Positions 26,706 to 36,600 of a stretch of DNA of 64,000 bases are shown piece after piece. Under the pieces are notes generated by a model that was not told where the DNA came from, searched no databases, and worked only from the letters and a program-made list of their open reading frames with translations. The translations under genes and the position numbers were made by a program. Location: assembly GCA_003522085.1 (NCBI GenBank), contig DPGI01000005.1, positions 172,868 through 236,867 on the forward strand, in the 5' to 3' direction. Positions within the stretch are counted from its first letter, which is position 1. Every line of letters starts with the position of its first letter. The stretch is from Clostridiales bacterium (GTDB lineage: Bacteria; Bacillota; Clostridia; Christensenellales; UBA1242).

Positions 26706-26725
26706 ATCGTGGGGACAACCAAATT
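26706..26725 (+). repeat. terminal copy of the 20-mer
   Basis: Exact copy, followed by AAG and the hairpin array, as at 14485. Confidence 0.95.
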
Positions 26726-26728
26726 AAG

Positions 26729-26827
26729 GTCACCTGCGGTGACATGATAGCACGCTGACGCGTGCATGATAGTCGCTGCGCAACATGATGGTTGACTGCG
26801 TCGACATGATGGTGCAACAAGTTGCGC
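26729..26827 (+). repeat. array of 5 short hairpins separated by ATGATR linkers
   Basis: GTCACC-TGC-GGTGAC, GCACGC-TGAC-GCGTGC, GTCGC-TGC-GCAAC, GTTGAC-TGC-GTCGAC, GTGCAA-CAAG-TTGCGC. Confidence 0.9.
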
Positions 26828-26866
26828 ATATTGTTGAAAAGAGCAAAAATTGCTACGAAAAAAAAA

Positions 26867-26889
26867 AGATTGAAATTCAATCTTTTTTA
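26867..26889 (+). terminator. rho-independent terminator closing the DUF4364-repeat transcript
   Basis: AGATTGAA-A-TTCAATCT followed by TTTTTT. An A-run precedes it, so it could act in both directions. Confidence 0.7.
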
Positions 26890-27056
26890 TTTAATTTTTA
26901 TTTAATTTTGTATTTTATTTTTAATTTTTTATTATTTAATTATTTATTTTTATTTTATTTTAATTATTTTTCGATTTATTTCGCAATTTATTTTATTATT
27001 TAATTAAAAACCCTTTTACTGCCTTTATTTTTCGGATATTTAATTAAACAATAAAT

Positions 27057-27512
27057 TTAATTATTATTTATTTGTGATTTAATTTTTTCGATTTCTGCCA
27101 CTGCGAGAGTATCGCAACGATTGTTTAATTCGTTGTCGGCGTGCCCTTTGACTTTGTTCCATGTAATTTTATGTTTCGCGCATACATTTAATAGTCTTTG
27201 CCACAGTTCTACGTTTTGAACCGGCTTCTTCCCTTTTGTGCGCCAACCACTCATAAGCCAATATGAAATCCAATCTTGCAAAAAAGCATTTACAACGTAT
27301 GCCGAATCACTGTATATTTCAACTTCGCAGTCTTCCTTCAGCGCTTCAAGCCCGCTTATTACGCCGATGAGTTCCATGCGATTGTTTGTGGTTTGCTCCT
27401 CACCGCCTGTGAGCACTTTTTCGGCGCTGCCATGGCGGAGTATTGCTGCCCAGCCGCCGACCCCCGGATTGCCCGAGCACGCTCCGTCGGTGTATAATAC
27501 TACTTTTTTCAA
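27057..27512 (-). CDS. rnhA: ribonuclease HI
   Basis: YTDGACSGNPGVGGWAA, NNRMEL, SDSAYV motifs. Confidence 0.9.
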   Translation of the reverse strand: MKKVVLYTDGACSGNPGVGGWAAILRHGSAEKVLTGGEEQTTNNRMELIGVISGLEALKEDCEVEIYSDSAYVVNAFLQDWISYWLMSGWRTKGKKPVQNVELWQRLLNVCAKHKITWNKVKGHADNELNNRCDTLAVAEIEKIKSQINNN

Positions 27513-27513
27513 A

Positions 27514-27912
27514 CTATTTAACCCTCAACTTTTTAACAATTTCATTTAAATCGCTTGTTTTACTTGCCTTGTTCATGACAAGTTTTGCGCCGTCGTTTGC
27601 TTTGCGCGGAAAAACGTGGACATGAAAATGTCCGACTGCTTGTCCTGCGGCAGGTTTGCAATTTGTAACCAAATTTGCTCCGTCATAGCCAAGGTTTAAA
27701 AAGTGGCGAACCATCATTTTAGCCGTTTTCATAACGTCTAGATATTGTTGTTGAGTGCATTCGTCCATGTCGCTTACGTGCTGTTTTGGAACAACAAGGC
27801 AGTGCCCTTCAACGTCGTTTTCGATATCTAAAAAAACGAGCGTTTTGTCGTCTTCATACAATTTATAGCAAGGAATTTCTCCCGAAATGATTTTACAAAA
27901 AATACAATCCAT
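27514..27912 (-). CDS. HIT family protein
   Basis: CIFCKI and the histidine triad HFHVHVFP. Confidence 0.9.
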   Translation of the reverse strand: MDCIFCKIISGEIPCYKLYEDDKTLVFLDIENDVEGHCLVVPKQHVSDMDECTQQQYLDVMKTAKMMVRHFLNLGYDGANLVTNCKPAAGQAVGHFHVHVFPRKANDGAKLVMNKASKTSDLNEIVKKLRVK

Positions 27913-27963
27913 ATTTGTTTTCTCCTTTTATTATTTTAACACATTTATCGCGCTTAGCAAAAT

Positions 27964-27989
27964 AAAAAAGAGAACAAATTTTGTTCTCT
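27964..27989 (-). terminator. rho-independent terminator
   Basis: AGAGAACAAA/TTTGTTCTCT palindrome followed by a T-run on the minus strand. Confidence 0.6.
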
Positions 27990-27994
27990 TTCTT

Positions 27995-29110
27995 TTATAA
28001 GATGGTTAAGTCTTCTTTTGTGAGAGTTGTGTCTTTCAAGTATTCATCGTCAAGTTTATAGAATGTGTGCGATGCGTTTTCGAAAAGTTCAAACATGCGT
28101 TTTATGTTTTTATCGTTAAGTTTGTTTGCGTCAAACTGAATAAATCCTTTTTCGTCGCGGATGTATTCGCCTTTGTCGCCATGCATTATATAATCGTCTG
28201 TGCACCAGCCATCTTTGCCTTTCCAGAACAATTTTTCAACCAAATCTTGATAGGTTTTTGCGATTTTATTGTAGTTTGGATGTTTTTGCTTATTAAGCTT
28301 TATCATAATTAAATCATGTCTTTCAACATAAGTTTCGCAAAGTGTAAATATGCGGGAAATTTCGCTGATTTGTTCATCTTTTGAAAGACCTTTCCAATAA
28401 TCCTTGAATGTTTTTTCTTTTTCAGGCGCAGTAGGACGAACAGTCTCGCGTGGCTTCATCATCTCTTCTCTTGCCTTTCTTGCTGCTTCTTTGCGAGCGG
28501 ATTTTTCGGCGGCGATTGCTTCGCGCTTCGCTTGCTCTTCGGCCTGTGTCGCTTTGTGCATATGATATTGGAAATTTGGGCAAATTAGGCTCATTTCCAT
28601 TTGGATTTTAACTGGCAAATCATGTTGGACATAGCCATTTGTGAGTTTTTCCATAAGATATAAATCCACTTCGTTTTTGCGTTTGCAAATCTCTTCGGCT
28701 TCAATCAAAACAGCAAGCAGTTTTTTCATTTTTGCTGTGTCCCAAGAGTTTTGGTCGCGAAGTTCATTCAGCACGACATCGATGCTTTTTGCAAGGTCGC
28801 AATTTCTCTTTTTAGAATCTTGGAAATCCTTGTTAAAGCAGAATTTATGATTTGTTGATTCAATGTTGTATGCTTGGCTGACAGCGGTGAAAAGTTTGCC
28901 AAGTATTGTCAGATCTTCATAGATAACTTTGCGATATTTAAAAGCATTTGATTTATAGCGATTGTAAACCTCTTTATCATCTTCGGTCATTGCATTGATT
29001 TCTTCGTCAGTAATAATATCGTCTTCGATTTTTACGTCACCTTCTACTAATACTGGCACCAAATCTTCCTTTTTGCTGTTTTTGTCAAATTCGGGTCGAA
29101 CTATTGCCAT
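27995..29110 (-). CDS. hypothetical protein with central Ala/Glu/Lys-rich helix
   Basis: Start moved to MAIVRPEF (AAAGGAGAAAAA RBS). This removes the overlap with degV. Confidence 0.6.
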   Translation of the reverse strand: MAIVRPEFDKNSKKEDLVPVLVEGDVKIEDDIITDEEINAMTEDDKEVYNRYKSNAFKYRKVIYEDLTILGKLFTAVSQAYNIESTNHKFCFNKDFQDSKKRNCDLAKSIDVVLNELRDQNSWDTAKMKKLLAVLIEAEEICKRKNEVDLYLMEKLTNGYVQHDLPVKIQMEMSLICPNFQYHMHKATQAEEQAKREAIAAEKSARKEAARKAREEMMKPRETVRPTAPEKEKTFKDYWKGLSKDEQISEISRIFTLCETYVERHDLIMIKLNKQKHPNYNKIAKTYQDLVEKLFWKGKDGWCTDDYIMHGDKGEYIRDEKGFIQFDANKLNDKNIKRMFELFENASHTFYKLDDEYLKDTTLTKEDLTIL

Positions 29111-29226
29111 TTTTTCTCCTTTGTGATTTTGTTTATGCTGATTAACAAAACAAATAAACTTGATTATTATAAAATAAATAAGAGGCAAAGTCAATATGCC
29201 TCTTAAAAGTTTGTTGTGAATATTTT

Positions 29227-30081
29227 TTAATTTACATCGTTTATATACAAAATTCCAAGCGTGTTTTTGCCGCAATGTGATGTGATTACACTGCCTGCCA
29301 AGTTTTCTTCGACGTGCTCGAATATGTTTTTTGATTTAACATATTCGACCACCATATCAACCAATTCTTGGCTCATGGCTGTGTGAGTGACAAAGCAAAA
29401 ATCTTTGCGTGGAGATGGATGCTTTTTCAAGATGCTGTCAACATATTTGATGAGCACGGATTTGAGTGGTCCGATTTCTTTGCCAGTGTTTATAAGGCTG
29501 CCGTCGACGACTTCAAGACGTGGCTTAATTTTTAATAGACCTGCGACCGAGAATGTAAAACGTGAACATCTGCCACCCTTGTAAAGATATTCAAGTTTGT
29601 CTAATGTGAATGATGTTTGAGTGTTTTGTGCTGATTTAGTCATTTCGCTGACAACTTCGTCAAGACTCTTTCCTGCCCTTGCTGCCACAGCACCGCTGAG
29701 TACTGTAAGACCTGTGCCAGATGAAAGTGCGCATGAATCGACAATTTTGACTTTGTCGCCAAGCCCAAGTTCTTCAACTGCACGGCAAGCGTTTGAATAA
29801 CATACTGAAAGTTTTGAACCAATTCCGCAATGGACAATTGCGTCGCAAGATGTGAGAAGTGACGAGAAATATTCTTTAAAATCTTCGATGCTGCGAGCCG
29901 AAGTTTTTGGCAAAATTTTTGACTCATCTACAAATTTATAAATATCGTCTGGTGAAATGTTTACGCCATCAAAATATTCATTGTCGCCAAGTGTTACAAT
30001 AAGCGGAAAAACAGATATGCCAAATTCATCGACAAGGTGTTTTGGAAGGTCTGCTGTTGAATCGGTTGAAATTTTTATCAT
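29227..30081 (-). CDS. DegV family fatty-acid-binding protein
   Basis: MIKISTDSTADLP N-terminus. 284 aa. Confidence 0.88.
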   Translation of the reverse strand: MIKISTDSTADLPKHLVDEFGISVFPLIVTLGDNEYFDGVNISPDDIYKFVDESKILPKTSARSIEDFKEYFSSLLTSCDAIVHCGIGSKLSVCYSNACRAVEELGLGDKVKIVDSCALSSGTGLTVLSGAVAARAGKSLDEVVSEMTKSAQNTQTSFTLDKLEYLYKGGRCSRFTFSVAGLLKIKPRLEVVDGSLINTGKEIGPLKSVLIKYVDSILKKHPSPRKDFCFVTHTAMSQELVDMVVEYVKSKNIFEHVEENLAGSVITSHCGKNTLGILYINDVN

Positions 30082-30180
30082 AAATTCTCCTACTGTGTTA
30101 GTTTATCAAAACGTGCCGACTTTGTAAAGCAAATTCGACTTTCGACATAAATTTAGACTACTCATATTTAAAATGCCACT

Positions 30181-30207
30181 AAAAAACAAAAACGGCAAAA
30201 GCCGTTT
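30181..30207 (-). terminator. rho-independent terminator after metG
   Basis: AAACGGC-TTTT-GCCGTTT followed by TTGTTTTTT. Confidence 0.75.
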
Positions 30208-30222
30208 TTATTGTTGACAATT

Positions 30223-31869
30223 TTAGCAATTAAATTCGTCTTTGGCTTGCAAACTTAAATCAACATCTTTTAATGCCACACGATTGAAAAGCACTGTGAT
30301 ATTTTCAAGTTTTTTGTTTGGATTATAGAAGATTTCATCCCATTTCTCTTCACCAGTTATGCCTAAAAATTCTTTGACTTTTGCTGCTGTTTTTGGAAGC
30401 AAAGGTGCTGTAATATTTGCGATGTTTGCAATCAAATACAAGCAGTTTGATGTAACCTTGTCAAAAGCAGGTTTATCGTTTTCATACAATGTCCAAGGTG
30501 CGCTTTCGTCATAGTATTTATTTGCATATTTGATGAGCGAATACATTTCTTCAACTGCTGTTCTGTTTTCGCCTTTTTCAATCAAATCGCCGATTGTTTT
30601 GTAGGCATTTTTAACAGTTGCGCGAACTTCGTCAGACACATCGATTGCTGGCAAAACGCCATTAAATTTTTTGGCAAGGAATGAAAGGTTGCGGTTTACA
30701 AAGTTTCCGTAACCACCAACAAGATGTTTGTTGTGAATGTCAACATAATCTTCGATTGAGAACGATGTATCACGTCTTTCTGGGTTGTTGAACATAAAGT
30801 AATATCTAATGCTTTCGCTGTCAAAGTTGGCAAGCAAGGTTTTAACTGTGACAAGATTACCTTTTGACTTGCTCATTTTGTCGTTGTTAAGATTTACGTA
30901 TTCACTTGAAATAATATAATCTGGCTTTTGAATTTGTGGATTAAGGGCTTCTAAAAGTCCTGGCAAAATGATTGTGTGGAAAACAATGTTGTCTTTTCCG
31001 TGAACATAATAGCATTTTGTGTTTTTGTCAGTGATAAACTTCCAAAAATCCTCGCCCTTTTCTTCCATAACTTTTTCGCCGGCTGTGAAATAGCCTAAAA
31101 CTGCTTCAAACCAAACATACATACGTTTGTCTTCAAAACCTGGAAAAGGAATTTCTACTCCCCAATTAAGTTGACGTGTGAGAGCGCGGTCGCGAAGACC
31201 TTCTTTAAGATATTTTGTGCTTTCGTTGACTGCTGTTTGACGCCAGTGGTCTTTGTTTTTGTCGACAAATTCTTGAACTTGTTTTGAAAGACGAGATAAT
31301 GCAAAATATAAATGCTTATTTTTGTGCATTGTTGCAGATTGTCCACAAACCTTGCAACGTGGATTTAAAACCATGTTGGCTGAAAGCGATGTCAAGCAGT
31401 GATCGCATTGGTCACCGTTTGTTTCGGCTCCACAAACTGGGCAAGTGCCGACAAGTTCACGGTCGCTTAAAAAGGTTTTGCAATGTTCGCAATATGGTTC
31501 GTCTTCTTCCTTTTCGTAAATGTAACCATTTTTATCAATTTGCTTAACAAACTCTTGCACGTGCGCCTTGTGATAAGGAGTCATGGTTGCTGTGTAAAGG
31601 TCGTATGAAAAAGAAAGCGCATCAAATGTGTTTTTAAATTCCTGATTGTAATGCTCAGCAATTTTTTCAGGCGAAATGTTTAATTTTTTTGCGCGAACTG
31701 TTATTGGTGTGCCGTGGCAGTCAGAACCAGACACATACATGACTTCGGCACCTTTTTGACGATAATATCTTGCCAAAATATCGCCTGGCAAAAGCGCTGC
31801 CAAGTGACCTACATGCAACGAGTTGTTTGCATATGGCCATGCCCCTCCAATAAAAATTTGTTCTTTCAT
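30223..31869 (-). CDS. metG: methionine--tRNA ligase (short form)
   Basis: HVGHL (HIGH) and KMSKSKGN motifs. Four-Cys knuckles. 548 aa. Confidence 0.95.
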   Translation of the reverse strand: MKEQIFIGGAWPYANNSLHVGHLAALLPGDILARYYRQKGAEVMYVSGSDCHGTPITVRAKKLNISPEKIAEHYNQEFKNTFDALSFSYDLYTATMTPYHKAHVQEFVKQIDKNGYIYEKEEDEPYCEHCKTFLSDRELVGTCPVCGAETNGDQCDHCLTSLSANMVLNPRCKVCGQSATMHKNKHLYFALSRLSKQVQEFVDKNKDHWRQTAVNESTKYLKEGLRDRALTRQLNWGVEIPFPGFEDKRMYVWFEAVLGYFTAGEKVMEEKGEDFWKFITDKNTKCYYVHGKDNIVFHTIILPGLLEALNPQIQKPDYIISSEYVNLNNDKMSKSKGNLVTVKTLLANFDSESIRYYFMFNNPERRDTSFSIEDYVDIHNKHLVGGYGNFVNRNLSFLAKKFNGVLPAIDVSDEVRATVKNAYKTIGDLIEKGENRTAVEEMYSLIKYANKYYDESAPWTLYENDKPAFDKVTSNCLYLIANIANITAPLLPKTAAKVKEFLGITGEEKWDEIFYNPNKKLENITVLFNRVALKDVDLSLQAKDEFNC

Positions 31870-31889
31870 TCTTTTCTCCTTGTTTTATT

Positions 31890-31977
31890 TGGCGCAGAGG
31901 TCGGGATTCGAACCCGAGGTAGCTTTCACTACACACGCTTTCCAAGCGTGCACATTCGACCGCTCTGACACCTCTGC
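31890..31977 (-). tRNA. tRNA-Ser (anticodon GGA), CCA encoded
   Basis: Cloverleaf read by hand. Acceptor GCAGAGG/CCTCTGC. Anticodon arm CACGC-TTGGAAA-GCGTG. Long variable arm GTAG-TGAAAG-CTAC. T arm TCGGG-TTCGAAT-CCCGA. Confidence 0.9.
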
Positions 31978-32050
31978 ATTTTTCTTCGACGTCGAGCGGT
32001 CGAATATTCGTGGGGTCCCCTAAAATGATTTGTTCATTTTTGGGGTGTGG

Positions 32051-32068
32051 CCGCTCTGACACCTCTGC
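32051..32068 (-). repeat. 18-nt duplicate of the tRNA-Ser 5' end
   Basis: GCAGAGGTGTCAGAGCGG is identical to 31960..31977 and lies 91 nt upstream of it. Confidence 0.9.
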
Positions 32069-32104
32069 GTATTATGTATTTGCATATTTATAAATACGTT
32101 GTCA

Positions 32105-32133
32105 ATTCTAGCAAATCGCGATTTTTTTGTCAA
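32105..32133 (-). promoter_or_regulatory. sigma-A type promoter for the tRNA-Ser (and probably metG) transcript
   Basis: TTGACA-17 nt-TAGAAT. Confidence 0.7.
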
Positions 32134-32162
32134 TGAAAACAGCGGACGCGCATCTATTTTCA

Positions 32163-32185
32163 TAAAAAAAGAGCAACTCGGCTCT
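32163..32185 (-). terminator. rho-independent terminator
   Basis: AGAGC-CGAGTT-GCTCT followed by TTTTTTT, directly after the stop codon. Confidence 0.7.
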
Positions 32186-32638
32186 TTATTTTGTTATGCT
32201 GTATAACACGATGTCTTCATTTGGCTCGATTACGTTTTCTGCAATCAAATCGGCATAAATTGAAAGGTCATCAATTTTGTCTCTGATTGTGTACGACGAT
32301 TTGCGAAGCAAATTAAGGCGCGATCCAACTGGCTTATAGACATTGGAAAGCTTTGTCAAAATGTTGAGAGCATTATTGGCAGTTTGCTCGAAATGAACAG
32401 CCTCTAACGCAAGTTTGTCAAGAACTCTTTCGTCTTCTAACTCTGGAAATATTACGTGGCAATTAACAAGCAACGCTTTTTTAAAAAATTCTAAATCTTC
32501 TTGCATTGCTTTGTCGTCAAAGTGATATAAATCAAACTCTGCTGCGCAGATTTCCCTGAACGAATCTGTGCGATCTTTAATATCGCGAGTTTCGTTTTTA
32601 TAATAAGTTTTGTTGTTTATAATTCTGTCTCTTGCCAT
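32186..32638 (-). CDS. hypothetical protein
   Basis: 150 aa from MARDRII (AGGAGAAAAA RBS). Confidence 0.6.
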   Translation of the reverse strand: MARDRIINNKTYYKNETRDIKDRTDSFREICAAEFDLYHFDDKAMQEDLEFFKKALLVNCHVIFPELEDERVLDKLALEAVHFEQTANNALNILTKLSNVYKPVGSRLNLLRKSSYTIRDKIDDLSIYADLIAENVIEPNEDIVLYSITK

Positions 32639-32685
32639 TGTTTTTCTCCTATGCACATTTTTAATTTAACATATATTTTGTCTTT

Positions 32686-34271
<1,586 letters not shown>

Positions 34272-34331
34272 ATGCTGTAAGTTTAAACTTTTTTTGCTTG
34301 TTTGTCAAGAAATGCAGGGGCTTTTGATTCG

Positions 34332-35744
34332 TTAATTATTTTCGAGTTTATCGCACGCATGATTGTAGTAAACATATGACGCTTTATCGTCGCTTACATA
34401 AGACAAAACCTGCTTAAAACACGTTTTTGCTTTTTCATATTCGTGCTCGTTAAAATTGCGGACCCCTTCTTCAAAATTGCTTTTTAAATGAACCAACTTG
34501 TCTCGCTTTTTCTTTGGATAAATTTCAAGACTCTCAAACAGCGAAGTTGTTTCGGCATTTTCAACCGAAATTGAACCGATATATCGATAGTCAAATTGAT
34601 ATTTTGTTGGGATTTCATTTAGACTATCCTTTGAAAATATCACTTTTGTGCCCATCATTTTATTTATGTCTTCCATTTTTGATGCAAGATTGACGACATC
34701 GGAAATTATGGTCGGGCTTTTTCGTGCTTCCTCTCCGACTATGCCAAAAATAACCTCGCCTGTGTGGATTGAAATGCGCGCGTCAACGTTTGGAAACGAT
34801 GAATGCGACTTGTTTTTGACTTCAATGGCGCGGCAAATATGTGTGGCGCATTCTATTGCTTGTTCTGGGCGTGGAAAAACCGCCAAAATGCCATCACCAA
34901 GATATTTGTCGACAAATCCACCGTGCTTGCGAATAAGCGGCGAAACAACGTTTAAATATGAGTTTATAAAGTTGAAATTTTCTTCGAGCGAAAGCGTTGT
35001 CGAAACCGAACTTGAACTGACTATGTCACAAAACAAAGTCGTGGCACGCTTTTGGACTTGATTGCCGAGTTCTAGATCAGAAATTGACGTTTTGCCCAGA
35101 AATTTCAAAAACTGACGCGGAATAAATTTTTGTGCTTCAAGGTCGGTTTGTCTGGCCATATTTTCTTTTTCTTTATAATTAAAATTGATTTTTTCAAGCG
35201 AATTTTCGATGTTTTTAAACTGCTTGGACTTTCCAATTTCAAACTTGTCTTCGCGAATTACTCCGTCGCCGAGTCGTTGGGCGATTTTTTCGAGTTTTTG
35301 CACTGGACGGCAGATGTAAGAAAAAATCACGAACAGCGCTACAAAATAAACAAGCGTAAGCAGCACTCCCCACAAAAGCGTGTTGTATGTATTTTTGTTT
35401 GTGACGTTTAAAAGCACTTGCATAGTTGCCGCAGTTTGTCCCGAGAAGTTGTTTATGCCTGCTATGATAAACATTCCGACTCCATAGATTGCAGTAAGCG
35501 GCGCCGTTGCAAAAAAGATCATGCGCGAAAGCTTTTGCATTTTTAAAAATCTAAAATACAAAATCGTGCCGAATATATTGCTGACCGCAATCAAAACTAA
35601 GCCCGCAATGCCGAGTCCGTTAAAGTTGAATGAAAAACCTGTGCCGGTTGGAGTTATGCCTTCGATGACATATTTGCCAAGCACGATTGCTGGTATCATA
35701 GTGACAATATAAAGCACCAAATAGATTTTCGTTGAGAGTTTCAT
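34332..35744 (-). CDS. membrane-anchored HAMP / class III adenylate-guanylate cyclase domain protein
   Basis: Multiple TM helices. Cyclase core LFCDIVSSS...YLGDGILAVF...SDVVNLASKME. The track ORF starts at a TTG (35804); the first ATG is 35744. Confidence 0.75.
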   Translation of the reverse strand: MKLSTKIYLVLYIVTMIPAIVLGKYVIEGITPTGTGFSFNFNGLGIAGLVLIAVSNIFGTILYFRFLKMQKLSRMIFFATAPLTAIYGVGMFIIAGINNFSGQTAATMQVLLNVTNKNTYNTLLWGVLLTLVYFVALFVIFSYICRPVQKLEKIAQRLGDGVIREDKFEIGKSKQFKNIENSLEKINFNYKEKENMARQTDLEAQKFIPRQFLKFLGKTSISDLELGNQVQKRATTLFCDIVSSSSVSTTLSLEENFNFINSYLNVVSPLIRKHGGFVDKYLGDGILAVFPRPEQAIECATHICRAIEVKNKSHSSFPNVDARISIHTGEVIFGIVGEEARKSPTIISDVVNLASKMEDINKMMGTKVIFSKDSLNEIPTKYQFDYRYIGSISVENAETTSLFESLEIYPKKKRDKLVHLKSNFEEGVRNFNEHEYEKAKTCFKQVLSYVSDDKASYVYYNHACDKLENN

Positions 35745-35836
35745 GCTTTTATTTTGAGAAAAAAGAAAAAATGTATTCTTTGTGCATAGAAAAATATTTT
35801 TCAAACCAAAATATAACTGTCAAAAGGAGAATTATT

Positions 35837-36280
35837 ATGGACAAAAATGAACTTTTAATGGATTATGCAAATGCGATTTATCAAAACATAAACGCGGGCA
35901 CACAGTCGATTGAAGATATCTTGCCTAAAATTGAAGATGACAGTTTTAAAAAGGTCGTTGCCGAAATTCAAAACGACTATTATGCGCTTAAAAAAGAATG
36001 CGAACTTTTTGCTAAGAGCGAAGATATCAAAGGAATCAAGGGCAACAACTGGTTTGAAAAGGCGCGAATGTGGATGAGCGTGAACATGTCGACTCTCACC
36101 GATAAATCAAATCGCAAGATTGCCGAACTATTGCTGATTGGTTCGTTTATGGGTTATATCACTTGTATAAAAGATGCCGCCGATCACCAAAACATTTCGC
36201 CAGAACTTGATGAAATTTTGGAAAAACTTAAAAACTACCAAAAAGACAGCATTGAAAAGTTGATAAAATATTTAAACTAA
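35837..36280 (+). CDS. hypothetical helical protein
   Basis: 147 aa from MDKNELL (AAAAGGAGAA RBS). The track ORF start at 35732 was rejected. Confidence 0.6.
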   Translation: MDKNELLMDYANAIYQNINAGTQSIEDILPKIEDDSFKKVVAEIQNDYYALKKECELFAKSEDIKGIKGNNWFEKARMWMSVNMSTLTDKSNRKIAELLLIGSFMGYITCIKDAADHQNISPELDEILEKLKNYQKDSIEKLIKYLN

Positions 36281-36600
36281 CAATTTATTTTGGTCAACTT
36301 GCCAGCGAAAAGCAAATAGATCTTCCTATCTTCAAAAATAGGAAGATTTTTTATTGACAAAATTAACTCTTCTTTAAACGCGTTTACATCTTTTGGATAG
36401 TCATAAAAAAAGCATTGCGCTTCAAGCGGCCAATATTCAAAATATTTGGTGTTTTTAAGTTCGCTCCCCCGCATTTCAAGGTGAAACGATGATTTATCCA
36501 TCACTATGCAAAAATAGACGAATCTTATTTCGTCCGGCAGCGGGTCGTCTTCTAAAATGTTTTCAATCCAATAAAGGAGTTTTTCATCAAACTCGGTCAT
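36277..36600 (-). CDS. hypothetical small cytosolic protein
   Basis: 107 aa. Start overlaps the upstream stop codon (ATGA). Confidence 0.55.
   Translation of the reverse strand: MTEFDEKLLYWIENILEDDPLPDEIRFVYFCIVMDKSSFHLEMRGSELKNTKYFEYWPLEAQCFFYDYPKDVNAFKEELILSIKNLPIFEDRKIYLLFAGKLTKINC

Noticed and set aside
14260-26725. The two repeat loci as boundaries of a 12-kb mobile island.
   Set aside because: The interval contains only core genes (ftsY, smc, rnc, plsX, rpmF, ackA, pta). It has no integrase or transposase, and the composition looks like the rest of the window.
26228-26827. CRISPR array interpretation: 20-mer as repeat with ~205-nt spacers, or ATGATRG as repeat with ~14-nt spacers.
   Set aside because: The 'spacers' between 20-mers are near-identical copies of one another. 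The short 'spacers' are palindromes of a few related types. The repeat lengths are outside CRISPR norms, and no cas genes are in the window.
31721-32062. 113-aa minus-strand ORF and the + strand ORFs 31714..31968 and 31823..32023.
   Set aside because: They overlap the tRNA-Ser gene and its leader. They have no RBS, and the tRNA cloverleaf explains the sequence.
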